Shown piece after piece: positions 55,614-64,000 of a stretch of 64,000 nt of DNA (the stretch's first letter is position 1; each line of letters opens with the position of its first letter). The stretch comes from Actinomycetota bacterium (GTDB taxonomy: Bacteria > Actinomycetota > Acidimicrobiia > IMCC26256 > JACPCJ01): the NCBI GenBank assembly GCA_016179865.1, contig JACPCJ010000106.1:8950-72949 (forward strand), written 5' to 3'. The notes under the pieces are model-generated. The model was not told where the DNA came from, ran no database searches, and was given only the letters and a program-made list of their open reading frames with translations. The translations under genes and the position numbers were made by a program.

Positions 55614-56404
55614 AGGAGACGGCGACCACGCGGACCTGGCTGACCCCGGTGCTCGGCGTCCTCGCCCTGGGCTCGTTGGCCGTCCTGGCCGTCCTCGGCC
55701 TCTGGGTGGCGCCCCCCGACGCCGTGCAGGGTGACGCCCAGCGCCTCATGTACGTCCACGTGCCGACGGCGACGCTGGCCTATGTCGCCTTCGGGGTCAC
55801 GTCCCTGGCGTCGGCCCTCTACCTGTGGCGCCGCACCCGCGCCCCGCGCTGGGACCGGCTGGCCGCTTCCTCGGCGGAACTCGGCGTCGTGTTCACCGGC
55901 CTCACGCTGGTGCTGGGCATGCTCTGGGGCCGGCCGGTGTGGGGCGTCTACTGGACGTGGGACGCCCGGCTGGTGTCGACGGCGGTGCTGTTCTTCCTCT
56001 ACCTCGGCTACCTCGCCCTGCGCCGGGTGATCGTCGACCCCGACGCCCGGGCCCGCCGGTGCGCGGTGGCGGCGCTGGTCGCGTTCGCGGACATCCCGAT
56101 CGTCCACTACTCGGTGGAGTGGTGGCGCAGCCTCCATCAGGACAGCACCCTGCTCCCGGGTGGGCGGCTCGATCCCGAGATCAGCGGCGACATGCTGGTG
56201 GCGCTGCTCTGGGGGATGGTCGCCTTTGCGCTGACCTACGCCTACCTGCTCGTGCGCCGGTGCCGCCTCGCCGCCATGGAGGAGGGCCTCGAACAGCGCG
56301 TCCTCGACGTGGCCGTCGCCGAGCGACGTGCGGAGGCCGCCCCGGTGGCGGCCCCGGTGGCCACCCCGGTGCCGGCCCCGGTCACGGGTGGCGGACGGGC
56401 GTGA
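55610..56404 (+). CDS. ccmC: Cytochrome c biogenesis protein CcmC
   Basis: YVHVP, WGRPVWGVYWTWDARL (WWD domain) and WRSLHQ. Confidence 0.93.
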   Translation: MKETATTRTWLTPVLGVLALGSLAVLAVLGLWVAPPDAVQGDAQRLMYVHVPTATLAYVAFGVTSLASALYLWRRTRAPRWDRLAASSAELGVVFTGLTLVLGMLWGRPVWGVYWTWDARLVSTAVLFFLYLGYLALRRVIVDPDARARRCAVAALVAFADIPIVHYSVEWWRSLHQDSTLLPGGRLDPEISGDMLVALLWGMVAFALTYAYLLVRRCRLAAMEEGLEQRVLDVAVAERRAEAAPVAAPVATPVPAPVTGGGRA

Positions 56405-56526
56405 TGGAGAACGCCGGATACGTCGTCACCGGGTGGGTGTTGACGGGTGGGGTGCTCCTCTTTTACGCGCTCGACGTCGCTCGCCGAACTCGCCGGGCCC
56501 GGCGCACGCTCGCCGACGACCGGTGA
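56404..56526 (+). CDS. ccmD: CcmD-like small membrane protein (40 aa)
   Basis: MENAGYVVTGWVLTGGVLLFYALDVARRTRRARR: one TM plus a basic tail, between ccmC and ccmE. Confidence 0.7.
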   Translation: MENAGYVVTGWVLTGGVLLFYALDVARRTRRARRTLADDR

Positions 56527-56948
56527 CCCTGACCCGCCGGCTGCGCCTTCGCTACGTGCTCCCGCTGGCCGCCAGCTTGGGAGCGGTGGCGTGGCTCGTG
56601 GCCGGGCCGCTGCGCTCGAACATCGAGTACTTCCGCACACCGACCGAGGCCCTGGCGGCACTCGCCGACGGCGAGGACGGTCGCTTCCGCCTGGCGGGCG
56701 AGGTCGTGACCGGGTCGGTCGAGGAGACGGCGGACGGGGTCACCTTCGACGTGACCGACGGGGCCAACACGGTGAGCGTCATCCACCGGGGCAGCCCGCC
56801 GGAACTGTTTGGCGACGAGGTGCCGGTGGTGTGTGAGGGGCGCTGGGCCAAGGCGGGCGCGACGTTCGAATCGGACCGGATCCTGATCCGGCACGGGAAC
56901 GAGTACCGCCCGCCCGAGGTGACGACGACGTCGGGGCCCGCGTCATGA
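56523..56948 (+). CDS. ccmE: Heme chaperone CcmE
   Basis: YFRTPTE, RLAGEV, PELF and HGNEY (HxxxY). Confidence 0.92.
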   Translation: MTLTRRLRLRYVLPLAASLGAVAWLVAGPLRSNIEYFRTPTEALAALADGEDGRFRLAGEVVTGSVEETADGVTFDVTDGANTVSVIHRGSPPELFGDEVPVVCEGRWAKAGATFESDRILIRHGNEYRPPEVTTTSGPAS

Positions 56949-56955
56949 CCCCGAA

Positions 56956-57017
56956 TTCCTGCGTCTGTGTCGCGTTACGGCGCGTATGCACCCCTAACGC
57001 AACACAGACACGGGGAA
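56956..57017. repeat. Intergenic hairpin inside the ccm operon
   Basis: TTCCTGCGTCTGTGTCGCGTTA...TAACGCAACACAGACACGGGGAA imperfect inverted repeat. Confidence 0.65.
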
Positions 57018-57030
57018 GGGGCGTCGGCCG

Positions 57031-59076
57031 ATGAAGGCGGGGCTCGGTACCCTCGCCGTCGCCGTCGGGCTCAACGGGTCGGCCCTCGGCGTCGCCGTCT
57101 TGGCCCTTGGGCTGCGCCGGGGCGACGAGCGGCTTCTCGTCGCCGGGCGCCGGTTCGTGTGGGTCGTCGTCGGTGCGGCCGTCGCCGCCGCCGGCGCCAT
57201 GGAATGGGCGCTCGTCAGCCATGACTTCTCGCTCCAGTACGTCGTCGACAACCACGCCCGGGCGACGCCGCTCCTGTACACGATCGCCAGCCTTTGGGGC
57301 GCCCTCGAGGGATCCATCCTGCTGTGGGCCCTGGTCCTCGGCGGCTACCTGGCCTTTGCGGCGCGCAAGTTCCGTGATCGGGCGGGCGATCCGTTGGTGG
57401 CGTGGGCGACGCTCACCGGCCTGGTGGTGGCGGCCTTCTTCTTCGGGCTGATGATCGGCCCCGCCAACCCCTTCCATCTGGTCGGCGGCCCCACTCCGAC
57501 CGACGGCGCCGGGCCCAACCCCCTCCTCCAGAACCACCCGCTGATGGCCTTCCACCCGCCGATGCTCTACCTCGGGTACGTCGGCTTCACGGTGCCCTTC
57601 ATGTTCGCCATCGCTGCCCTCGTGACTGGGCGCCTCGGTGAAGGCTGGCTCGTGGCCACCCGGCGGGCGACGCTGATCGCCTGGGGCTTCCTCACTACCG
57701 GGATCATCCTCGGCGGTTGGTGGAGCTACGAGGTCCTCGGGTGGGGTGGGTACTGGGCGTGGGACCCGGTCGAGAACGCCTCCTTCCTGCCCTGGCTCAC
57801 CGCCACCGCCTACCTCCACTCGGTGATGGTGCAGGAGCGGCGGGGGATGCTCCGGGTGTGGAACCTGTCGCTCCTCGTCGCCACCTTCGCCCTGACCATC
57901 CTGGGCACCTTCCTTACCCGTTCCGGGGTCATCAACTCGGTCCACTCCTTCACCCAGTCGGCCATCGGGCCGGCGCTGCTTGGCTTTCTCGGGGTGGTGG
58001 TCGCCGCCGGGGTGGGGCTCATCGGCTGGCGGGGTGACCGCCTGCGGGCGCCGGGGCAGATCGACTCGCCCGTGTCGCGAGAGGGTGCCTTCCTCGCCAA
58101 CAACGTGCTGTTCGCCGGCTTCGCCTTCGTGGTTCTCCTCGGGACGGTGTTCCCGCTGGTGGCCGAGGCCCTCAACGGCCGCCAGCTTTCGGTGGGCGAG
58201 CCGTACTTCGATCGCATGACGGTTCCCATCGGAATCGCGCTTCTCTTCCTGATGGCCGTCGCTCCGGCGCTCCCGTGGCGCGTCGCCAGCGCAGGCGTCC
58301 TGCGCCGGCGCCTCGCTGGGCCGGCGTGGTTCGCGGCCGTGACCATGCTGGGGTTGGCGCTGGCGGGCGCCCGAGGCGTCGCCCAGATCCTGGCCTTTGG
58401 CCTCGGCGCCTTCGCGGTGGGGGGCATCGTCCGTCAGGTGGTCACCGCGGTGCGATCGCGCATGCGGGCCGACGGTTCGGGTCCGGCGCGCGCCCTCCGG
58501 GACGTCACGGCTGGGAACCGGCGCCTCTACGGTGGCCTGATCGTCCACGTGGGCGTCGTGATCGTCGCCGTGGCGCTGGCCGCTTCGCAGGGGTACGGGG
58601 TCAAGCGCGAGTTCCGCCTGTCGAAGGGCGAGTCGGCCACGCTCAACGGGTACCGGCTCACCTTCGTCGGCCGTCAGGTCACCGAGACGCCCCAGAAGCG
58701 CACGGTGGCGGCTCGGGTGGAGGTGGCGCGCGGGGGCGACGTCCTCGGCGTCTACGAGCCGGCCGTCCAGATCTTCCCCAACGCCACCCAGGCGATCGGG
58801 ACGCCCTCGGTGCGGACGGGCCTGGCGGAAGACCTCTACCTCACGCTGGTCAGTTCGCCGACCGACACCGAGGAGGTGACCATCGGTGCCGCCGTGAACC
58901 CGATGGTGCTGTGGCTGTGGATCGGGGGCGGGGTCATGGCCCTGGGGACGGCGGCGGCGGTGTGGCCGACTCGGCGACGGCGAGCGGTGCATCCCGGCGA
59001 CGGCGCTTCTCGAGAAGGTTCTCCCCCTGATGCGTGGGAATCTCGCTCGAGAACGCTGACGGAGGCGGCCCGATGA
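57031..59076 (+). CDS. ccmF: Heme lyase CcmF
   Basis: WGALEGS, NPLLQ, HPPMLYLGY, WGGYWAWDPVENAS and SVHSF motifs. Confidence 0.95.
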   Translation: MKAGLGTLAVAVGLNGSALGVAVLALGLRRGDERLLVAGRRFVWVVVGAAVAAAGAMEWALVSHDFSLQYVVDNHARATPLLYTIASLWGALEGSILLWALVLGGYLAFAARKFRDRAGDPLVAWATLTGLVVAAFFFGLMIGPANPFHLVGGPTPTDGAGPNPLLQNHPLMAFHPPMLYLGYVGFTVPFMFAIAALVTGRLGEGWLVATRRATLIAWGFLTTGIILGGWWSYEVLGWGGYWAWDPVENASFLPWLTATAYLHSVMVQERRGMLRVWNLSLLVATFALTILGTFLTRSGVINSVHSFTQSAIGPALLGFLGVVVAAGVGLIGWRGDRLRAPGQIDSPVSREGAFLANNVLFAGFAFVVLLGTVFPLVAEALNGRQLSVGEPYFDRMTVPIGIALLFLMAVAPALPWRVASAGVLRRRLAGPAWFAAVTMLGLALAGARGVAQILAFGLGAFAVGGIVRQVVTAVRSRMRADGSGPARALRDVTAGNRRLYGGLIVHVGVVIVAVALAASQGYGVKREFRLSKGESATLNGYRLTFVGRQVTETPQKRTVAARVEVARGGDVLGVYEPAVQIFPNATQAIGTPSVRTGLAEDLYLTLVSSPTDTEEVTIGAAVNPMVLWLWIGGGVMALGTAAAVWPTRRRRAVHPGDGASREGSPPDAWESRSRTLTEAAR

Positions 59077-59636
59077 AGCGCCGCCGGATCGCTCTGTTCG
59101 CCGCCGGCGCCGTGCTGGTGGCGTTCCTCGCCTTCACCGTCGTGCTGGCGCTCGGGCTCGACGGCGAGTCCGCCGAGTACCGGGGGACGGCCCTTCTCGG
59201 CGACCCGGTCCCCGACCTGGTTCTGCCCACCCTCGACGGCGGCGAGGTCGCCCTGGCCGAGCTCGACGGCAAGGCCGTCATCATCAACTTCTGGAACTCG
59301 TGGTGCATCCCATGCAAGGAGGAGGAGCCGGCGCTCAAGGCCTTCTACGCCGCCCACGCGGGGGAGAGCGACTTCGAGATGATCGGGATCGTGCGGGACG
59401 ACAGCGAGTCGGCCATCCGCAAGTGGGTCGAGACCCACGGGACGGCCTGGACGGTCGCCTTCGATCCCAGCGCCCGGGCGTCGGTCGACTTCGGCACCAC
59501 GGGCCAGCCGGAGACATTCGCCGTGGCGCCCAACGGCCGCATCGCCGCGCTTCAGCGGGGGCGGGTGAGCATCGACGACCTCGAGAACATGCTCGCCCTG
59601 GCCCGCGGGGAGCGGCCGTCGGGGGGCGGGGGATGA
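59073..59636 (+). CDS. ccmG: Thiol-disulfide reductase CcmG/TlpA
   Basis: NFWNSWCIPC and GQPET motifs. Confidence 0.88.
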   Translation: MKRRRIALFAAGAVLVAFLAFTVVLALGLDGESAEYRGTALLGDPVPDLVLPTLDGGEVALAELDGKAVIINFWNSWCIPCKEEEPALKAFYAAHAGESDFEMIGIVRDDSESAIRKWVETHGTAWTVAFDPSARASVDFGTTGQPETFAVAPNGRIAALQRGRVSIDDLENMLALARGERPSGGGG

Positions 59637-60127
59637 GGCTCGGTCGGTGGTCTCTGGTGGCGGCCGGGATGCTCGCCGTCGCCGCCCTGGTGGTCGCCGC
59701 CGGGTCGAACGGTACGGACGACTCTGCCAGCGCCCGGGTCGAACACCTCAGCGAGCAGCTCCGGTGCCCAACCTGCCAGGGCCTATCGGTGGCCGACAGC
59801 CCGGCCTCCACGGCTCGGGCCATCCGCGAAGACGTTGCCCGACGGGTGGCCGCCGGGGAGACCGACGCCGAGATCAAGGCCGCCTACGTCGACCGTTACG
59901 GCGAGTGGATTCTCCTCCGCCCCCGCGGGTCGGGCGTCGCCGTGGTGGTGTGGGCGGTCCCGGTGGCGGCGCTGGTGCTCGCCGGGGCCGGCCTGGCGGC
60001 GGCGTTCCGGCGCTGGCGGCGCCAGGCCCCCGCCCAGCCGACGGCCGACGATCGGGCGCTCGTGGAGCGTGAGCTCGACGAGCGAGGACGGGTGGAGCGG
60101 GCGCGCTCGGAACGGCCCGAGCCGTGA
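59633..60127 (+). CDS. ccmH: Cytochrome c biogenesis protein CcmH
   Basis: LRCPTCQG and YGEWILLRP motifs. Confidence 0.92.
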   Translation: MRLGRWSLVAAGMLAVAALVVAAGSNGTDDSASARVEHLSEQLRCPTCQGLSVADSPASTARAIREDVARRVAAGETDAEIKAAYVDRYGEWILLRPRGSGVAVVVWAVPVAALVLAGAGLAAAFRRWRRQAPAQPTADDRALVERELDERGRVERARSERPEP

Positions 60128-60837
60128 GCGCAGGCGCCGACGACCTCACCGCGACCTGGCTCGACGAGGAGCGCGAGTTCCTTCTCCGCTCGATCGAGGA
60201 CCTCGATCGCGAGCGCGCCGAGGGCAATCTCGACGACGCCGACTACCAGCTCCTGAGGGACGAGTACACAGCCCGGGCCGCCGCTGTCCTGGGGGTGCGG
60301 TCTGGTGACGGCGAGTCCGCACCCGAGCCGCCGCCCGACCGAACCCGATGGTGGATCGTCTCTGGGGTCGTCGTCTTCGCCGTGGTGGCGGCGGTGCTGC
60401 TGGCCCGTTCACTCGGCGAGCGGCTTCCGGGCGACACCGTCACGGGCAACGAGCAGATCCGCAACCCGCTGTCGCAGGCTGACGAACTGCTGGCGCGCGG
60501 CGAAGCTGCCGACGCCCTGCGGCTGTACGACGAGGCGGCGGCTGCCGACCCCGGCGATGCCGAACCGCGCGCCAAGGCAGCCTTCGTCGTGTTCAACGCC
60601 GGGCTCGTCGACGAGGCGCTCTCGCGCTTGCAGGAGGCGGAACTGGCCGACCCGGCCTTTGCCGACACGTACTTCTTCCGGGCGCTCGTGCTCGTGCAAG
60701 GGAAGGACGATCCAGAGGGAGCGCGCGCTGCTCTGGCCAGGTATCTCGAACTTGCCCCCGAGGGTCAGTACGCCGAGGATGCCCAGATCGTTCTCGATGA
60801 GATCGACGAACCGCCGACTGAAGAAGGGACACCCTGA
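60124..60837 (+). CDS. ccmI: CcmI-like TPR protein
   Basis: LLRSIEDLDRE...G...DY N-terminus, TM segment, TPR repeats. Confidence 0.75.
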   Translation: MSAGADDLTATWLDEEREFLLRSIEDLDRERAEGNLDDADYQLLRDEYTARAAAVLGVRSGDGESAPEPPPDRTRWWIVSGVVVFAVVAAVLLARSLGERLPGDTVTGNEQIRNPLSQADELLARGEAADALRLYDEAAAADPGDAEPRAKAAFVVFNAGLVDEALSRLQEAELADPAFADTYFFRALVLVQGKDDPEGARAALARYLELAPEGQYAEDAQIVLDEIDEPPTEEGTP

Positions 60838-61313
60838 TGGCTCAGCCACCGCCCATGCAGATTGACACCGAGGCCATCTTCCAGGTGCGGCTCCAGACCA
60901 GCCGCGGCGACATCCTGATGGAGCTCGACCCGGGGCTGGCGCCGGTCACCGTCAACAACTTCGTGTCTCTCGCCCGGGACGGCTACTACGACGGACTCAC
61001 CTTCCACCGTGTGGTGCCCGAGTTCGTCATCCAGGGTGGGTGCCCGCGAGGCGACGGGACCGGTGGGCCTGGATACCAGTTTGGAGACGAGCCGGTGAAG
61101 GGTGAGTACACGCTCGGAGCCGTGGCCATGGCCAACGCCGGGCCCGACACGAACGGATCCCAGTTCTTCATCTGCATCGACGACTGCACGCGGAAGCTCG
61201 AGCCGCTGTACAACCTCTTCGGCTACGTGATCGAGGGGATGGACGTGGCGCTGTCGGTGCAGAAGGGCGACACCATCGACGCCGTCAGCGTCATGGAGCG
61301 CGCCACCGACTGA
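60837..61313 (+). CDS. Cyclophilin-type peptidyl-prolyl isomerase
   Basis: FHRVVPEFVIQGG and MANAGPDTNGSQFFI motifs. Confidence 0.95.
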   Translation: MAQPPPMQIDTEAIFQVRLQTSRGDILMELDPGLAPVTVNNFVSLARDGYYDGLTFHRVVPEFVIQGGCPRGDGTGGPGYQFGDEPVKGEYTLGAVAMANAGPDTNGSQFFICIDDCTRKLEPLYNLFGYVIEGMDVALSVQKGDTIDAVSVMERATD

Positions 61314-61330
61314 CCCTCGGTCTCTCCATT

Positions 61331-61377
61331 CTTGGTTTCGTTTCTCACACCAACGCGAGGCAAAGAACCCAAGTTCG
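61331..61377. repeat. Hairpin, REP-like family B
   Basis: CTTGGTTTCGTTTCTCACACCA...CCAAGTTC; its first 22 bp are the exact reverse complement of 40005-40026. Confidence 0.7.
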
Positions 61378-61402
61378 GAGGGGGGTGGCCGATACTGGTG
61401 GG

Positions 61403-61969
61403 ATGAACGCGTCGGGAGCGTTTCTCGTGGCGGCGGTGGCGTTGGTTGTGCTGCTGCTCGGCGGCGCGGTGTCCTTCAACCGGTTCGTGTCGCAGCGGAA
61501 CCACGTGCGCGAGGCGTGGGCGAACGTCGACACGGAGCTGCGACGCCGCTACGACCTCATCCCCAACCTCGTGGAAACGGTCCGCGGCTACGCGGCCCAT
61601 GAGCAGGCGACGCTGGAGGCGGTGACCCGGGCCCGCACCGCGGCAGCGGGGGACGCCGGGCCGCCGGGGAGCCAGGCGTCAACCGAGCGGGGTCTCGTGC
61701 GTTCTCTGCGGGACCTCCTCGCTCTTGCCGAGCGCTACCCCGACTTGAAGGCGAACGAGCGCTTCGCCGATCTCCAGGACCAGCTCGTCGAAACCGAAGA
61801 CCGGATCCAGCTCGCCCGGCGCATCTACAACGCCAACGTGCGGGACCTCAACCGCCGGGTGCAGGCCTTCCCGTCCAACGTGGTGGCAGCGGTCATGCGC
61901 ATCGACGAGGCCGAGTACTTCGAGATCGAGGAGGCCATTCGCTCAGGACCGGCACCGGCCGCCGTGTAA
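61403..61969 (+). CDS. lemA: LemA family protein
   Basis: RRYDLIPNLVETV, ERYPDLKA and YNANV...FPSN motifs. Confidence 0.93.
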   Translation: MNASGAFLVAAVALVVLLLGGAVSFNRFVSQRNHVREAWANVDTELRRRYDLIPNLVETVRGYAAHEQATLEAVTRARTAAAGDAGPPGSQASTERGLVRSLRDLLALAERYPDLKANERFADLQDQLVETEDRIQLARRIYNANVRDLNRRVQAFPSNVVAAVMRIDEAEYFEIEEAIRSGPAPAAV

Positions 61970-62008
61970 CGAGGCCGCGGCCTCCAGCCGGGGGCGAAAC
62001 GTGCCGAT

Positions 62009-62953
62009 GTGTCCACCGTGAACTGGCTCGATCTCATCGGCGCGCTCCCGTGGCGGGTGGGCAAGCCCGACTCCGAGGCGAACCCGCCGAGTCTCGAGGT
62101 GATCGGGCTCGTCGGTCTGCTCATGGTGGGAGTCCTGGCGTGGGACACGGCGCCCTACGTCCTGATCAGCATTGCGTTGGCCGAAGCCCTCGTCATTGGC
62201 TTCATCGTCACCTCGGCCGTCCGGCGGGTGAAGCGGCACCGCCGCGACGAGGAACACGTCGAGCGAATCGCCGAGCGTGCCGGTCTCCGGCGGGCCCAGC
62301 CGGGTGAGTTCAACCTGTACGCGCTGCCGTTCCCGATCTTCCGGGCCGGCGAGTGGCAGGGCTTCGACCACGTGTGGGTGGGGGAGTGGGGCGACGACAA
62401 GGTGTGGGTCTTCGACTTCTGGAACGGCTACGAGCTGCGGGGCCAGGACGTGGAAGACCACTTCACCTGCGCCGCCATCGAACTGCGCCATGCCGACTGC
62501 CCGAAGCTCTCGGTCACCCGCGAGAACCCGTGGTCACGAACCTGGGGGCACCTCGGGTGGCGCGACATCGAGGTGGAGTCGGACGACTTCAACCGCCGCT
62601 TCGACGTGAGCGGCGACGACGAGCGCTTCGCCTTCGCCTTCTTGGCGCCCTCCATGATCGACTGGCTTCAGCGAACACCGAAGCAATTCGAGTTCGCCGT
62701 CGAAGGTCCGTGGCTGCTGTGCCGGTCGCGCTGGCTCCCAACCGCCCGTTGGTGGGATCTCCTGCGCATGATTCGTGATTTCCGCGGGCGGATGCCGAAG
62801 ACGATCCCACGCCTCTTCCCCGATACTGTCCGACCGTTGGCGCCGGGCGGGGACCCCTCAGGGGTGCCCGGCGACAGGCGCGCGAGGCCGGAACGGCCGA
62901 GGGAGCAAAGCCAGAATGCGAGCGGTTCTGTGCAAGGAGTACGGCCCGCCTGA
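62009..62953 (+). CDS. Membrane protein downstream of lemA; C-terminus runs through a repeat element
   Basis: Two TM helices, ESDDFNRRFDV motif (DUF3137-like); the last ~40 codons derive largely from the 62837-62910 repeat. Confidence 0.6.
   Translation: MSTVNWLDLIGALPWRVGKPDSEANPPSLEVIGLVGLLMVGVLAWDTAPYVLISIALAEALVIGFIVTSAVRRVKRHRRDEEHVERIAERAGLRRAQPGEFNLYALPFPIFRAGEWQGFDHVWVGEWGDDKVWVFDFWNGYELRGQDVEDHFTCAAIELRHADCPKLSVTRENPWSRTWGHLGWRDIEVESDDFNRRFDVSGDDERFAFAFLAPSMIDWLQRTPKQFEFAVEGPWLLCRSRWLPTARWWDLLRMIRDFRGRMPKTIPRLFPDTVRPLAPGGDPSGVPGDRRARPERPREQSQNASGSVQGVRPA
62837..62910 (+). repeat. Third copy of the ~77-bp dispersed repeat
   Basis: TTGGCGCCGGGCGGGGACCCCTCAGGGGTGCCCGGCGACAG...GAGGGAGCAA matches the reverse complement of the 43185-43361 units. 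Confidence 0.85.
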
Positions 62954-63896
62954 GAGCCTCGTCGTCGAGGACGTCGATCCGCCCCCGTTACACGACGCGG
63001 GGGTGCGGATCCGGGTGCACGCCGCGGGGGTGAACTTTCCCGACGTCCTCATGATCAAGGGCGAGTACCAGTTCAAGCCGCCCTTCCCGTTTTCGCCCGG
63101 GGGCGAGGTGGCGGGCGAGGTGCTGGAGGTCGGCCCCCAGGTCGAGGGTGTCGCTCCGGGTGACCGGGTGCTGAGCGTCACGGGCGTGGGCGCCTTCGCC
63201 GAGGAAGTGGTGGCGAACGGCCCGTCGGTGATGCGGATCCCCGACTCGATGGACTGGACGAGCGCGGCCGCCCTGGGCATGACCTACGGCACGTCGGTGT
63301 ACGCCCTCGCGAAACGGGCGTCGCTCGCCGAGGGGGAGTGGCTGCTGGTGCACGGCGCGAGTGGGGGTGTCGGCCTCTCCGCAGTGGAGATCGGTCGGGC
63401 GCTCGGAGCGCGCGTCATCGCCACCGGTGGTGACAACGAGAAGCTCAAGATCGCCGGCGAGCGAGGTGCCGACCACATCATCAACTACCGGGAAGCGGCT
63501 TCCTTCAAGGACGCCGTGAAGGAGATCACCGAGGGCGCCGGTGCCGACGTCATCTACGACCCCGTGGGCGGCGACGTGATGAAGGAGTCGCTCCGGTGCA
63601 TCAGCTGGGGCGGCCGCCTGTTGGTCATCGGGTTCGCCAGCGGCGACATCCCCGACCTGCCCGCCAACCTGATCCTGCTGAAGAGCTGCCAGGTGGTCGG
63701 GGTGTTCTGGGGGGCGTACGCCATGCAGTGGCCGGAGCAGGCGAAGGACGACTTCGACCAACTCTTCCGGTGGTGGGACGAGGGCGCGATCGCGCCGCAC
63801 GTGTCGCACACGTTCCCGCTCGAGCGCACGGCCGACGCCCTGTACGCCCTCATCAACCGGGAAGTCGTGGGCAAGGCCGTCGTCACGCTCGACTAA
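62916..63896 (+). CDS. NADPH:quinone oxidoreductase (MDR family)
   Basis: AGVNFPD, PGGEVAG, HGASGGVG and YDPVGG motifs. Confidence 0.92.
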   Translation: MRAVLCKEYGPPESLVVEDVDPPPLHDAGVRIRVHAAGVNFPDVLMIKGEYQFKPPFPFSPGGEVAGEVLEVGPQVEGVAPGDRVLSVTGVGAFAEEVVANGPSVMRIPDSMDWTSAAALGMTYGTSVYALAKRASLAEGEWLLVHGASGGVGLSAVEIGRALGARVIATGGDNEKLKIAGERGADHIINYREAASFKDAVKEITEGAGADVIYDPVGGDVMKESLRCISWGGRLLVIGFASGDIPDLPANLILLKSCQVVGVFWGAYAMQWPEQAKDDFDQLFRWWDEGAIAPHVSHTFPLERTADALYALINREVVGKAVVTLD

Positions 63897-63901
63897 CGGG
63901 C

Positions 63902-63941
63902 TACTTGTCTCGACCTGACTAATACAAGTACAATACAAGTA
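63902..63941 (+). promoter_or_regulatory. Putative GntR autoregulatory operator
   Basis: TACTTGT...ACAAGTA inverted repeat plus direct repeat AATACAAGTA x2 abutting the ATG. Confidence 0.55.
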
Positions 63942-64000
63942 TGCGGTACCTCGATGTCGCCGAAGAACTCCGCCGCCTGATCGGCACGGGTGGGTACGGC
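63941..64000 (+). CDS. GntR family regulator, N-terminus (truncated by the window edge)
   Basis: MRYLDVAEELRRLIGTGGYG resembles a GntR wHTH start. Confidence 0.6.
   Translation, partial: MRYLDVAEELRRLIGTGGYG

Noticed and set aside
1-64000. Prophage, transposase, integrase, defence system, rRNA or tRNA genes
   Set aside because: No supporting motifs seen in any frame

Overview
High-GC actinobacterial chromosomal window; gene content suggests Acidimicrobiia. In order it holds: a Tad/Flp pilus operon whose 57-aa Flp pilin is missing from the ORF track, followed by an ECF sigma/putative anti-sigma pair; assorted catabolic enzymes (P450, sulfatase, amidase, deacylase, acyl-CoA enzymes); a frameshifted secreted FG-GAP/CARDB/PKD protein; an ABC exporter; zinc-homeostasis genes with a Fur-type box; and a complete System I (ccmA-I) cytochrome c maturation operon. 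Several families of dispersed palindromic REP-like hairpins and a repeat that appears to supply ribosome-binding sites are also present. The most interesting element is at about 38.7-43.2 kb: an unannotated 29-aa hydrophobic peptide ending GGLGYRWE, two membrane-bound HD-GYP-like proteins, a DUF5317-like membrane protein and a divergent conserved hypothetical gene. Together they look like an undescribed peptide-signalling system coupled to c-di-GMP. A structured ~245-nt intergenic RNA candidate lies at about 33.8-34.07 kb. No rRNA, tRNA, CRISPR array or transposase was found. Family assignments come from motif recognition, not from database searches.
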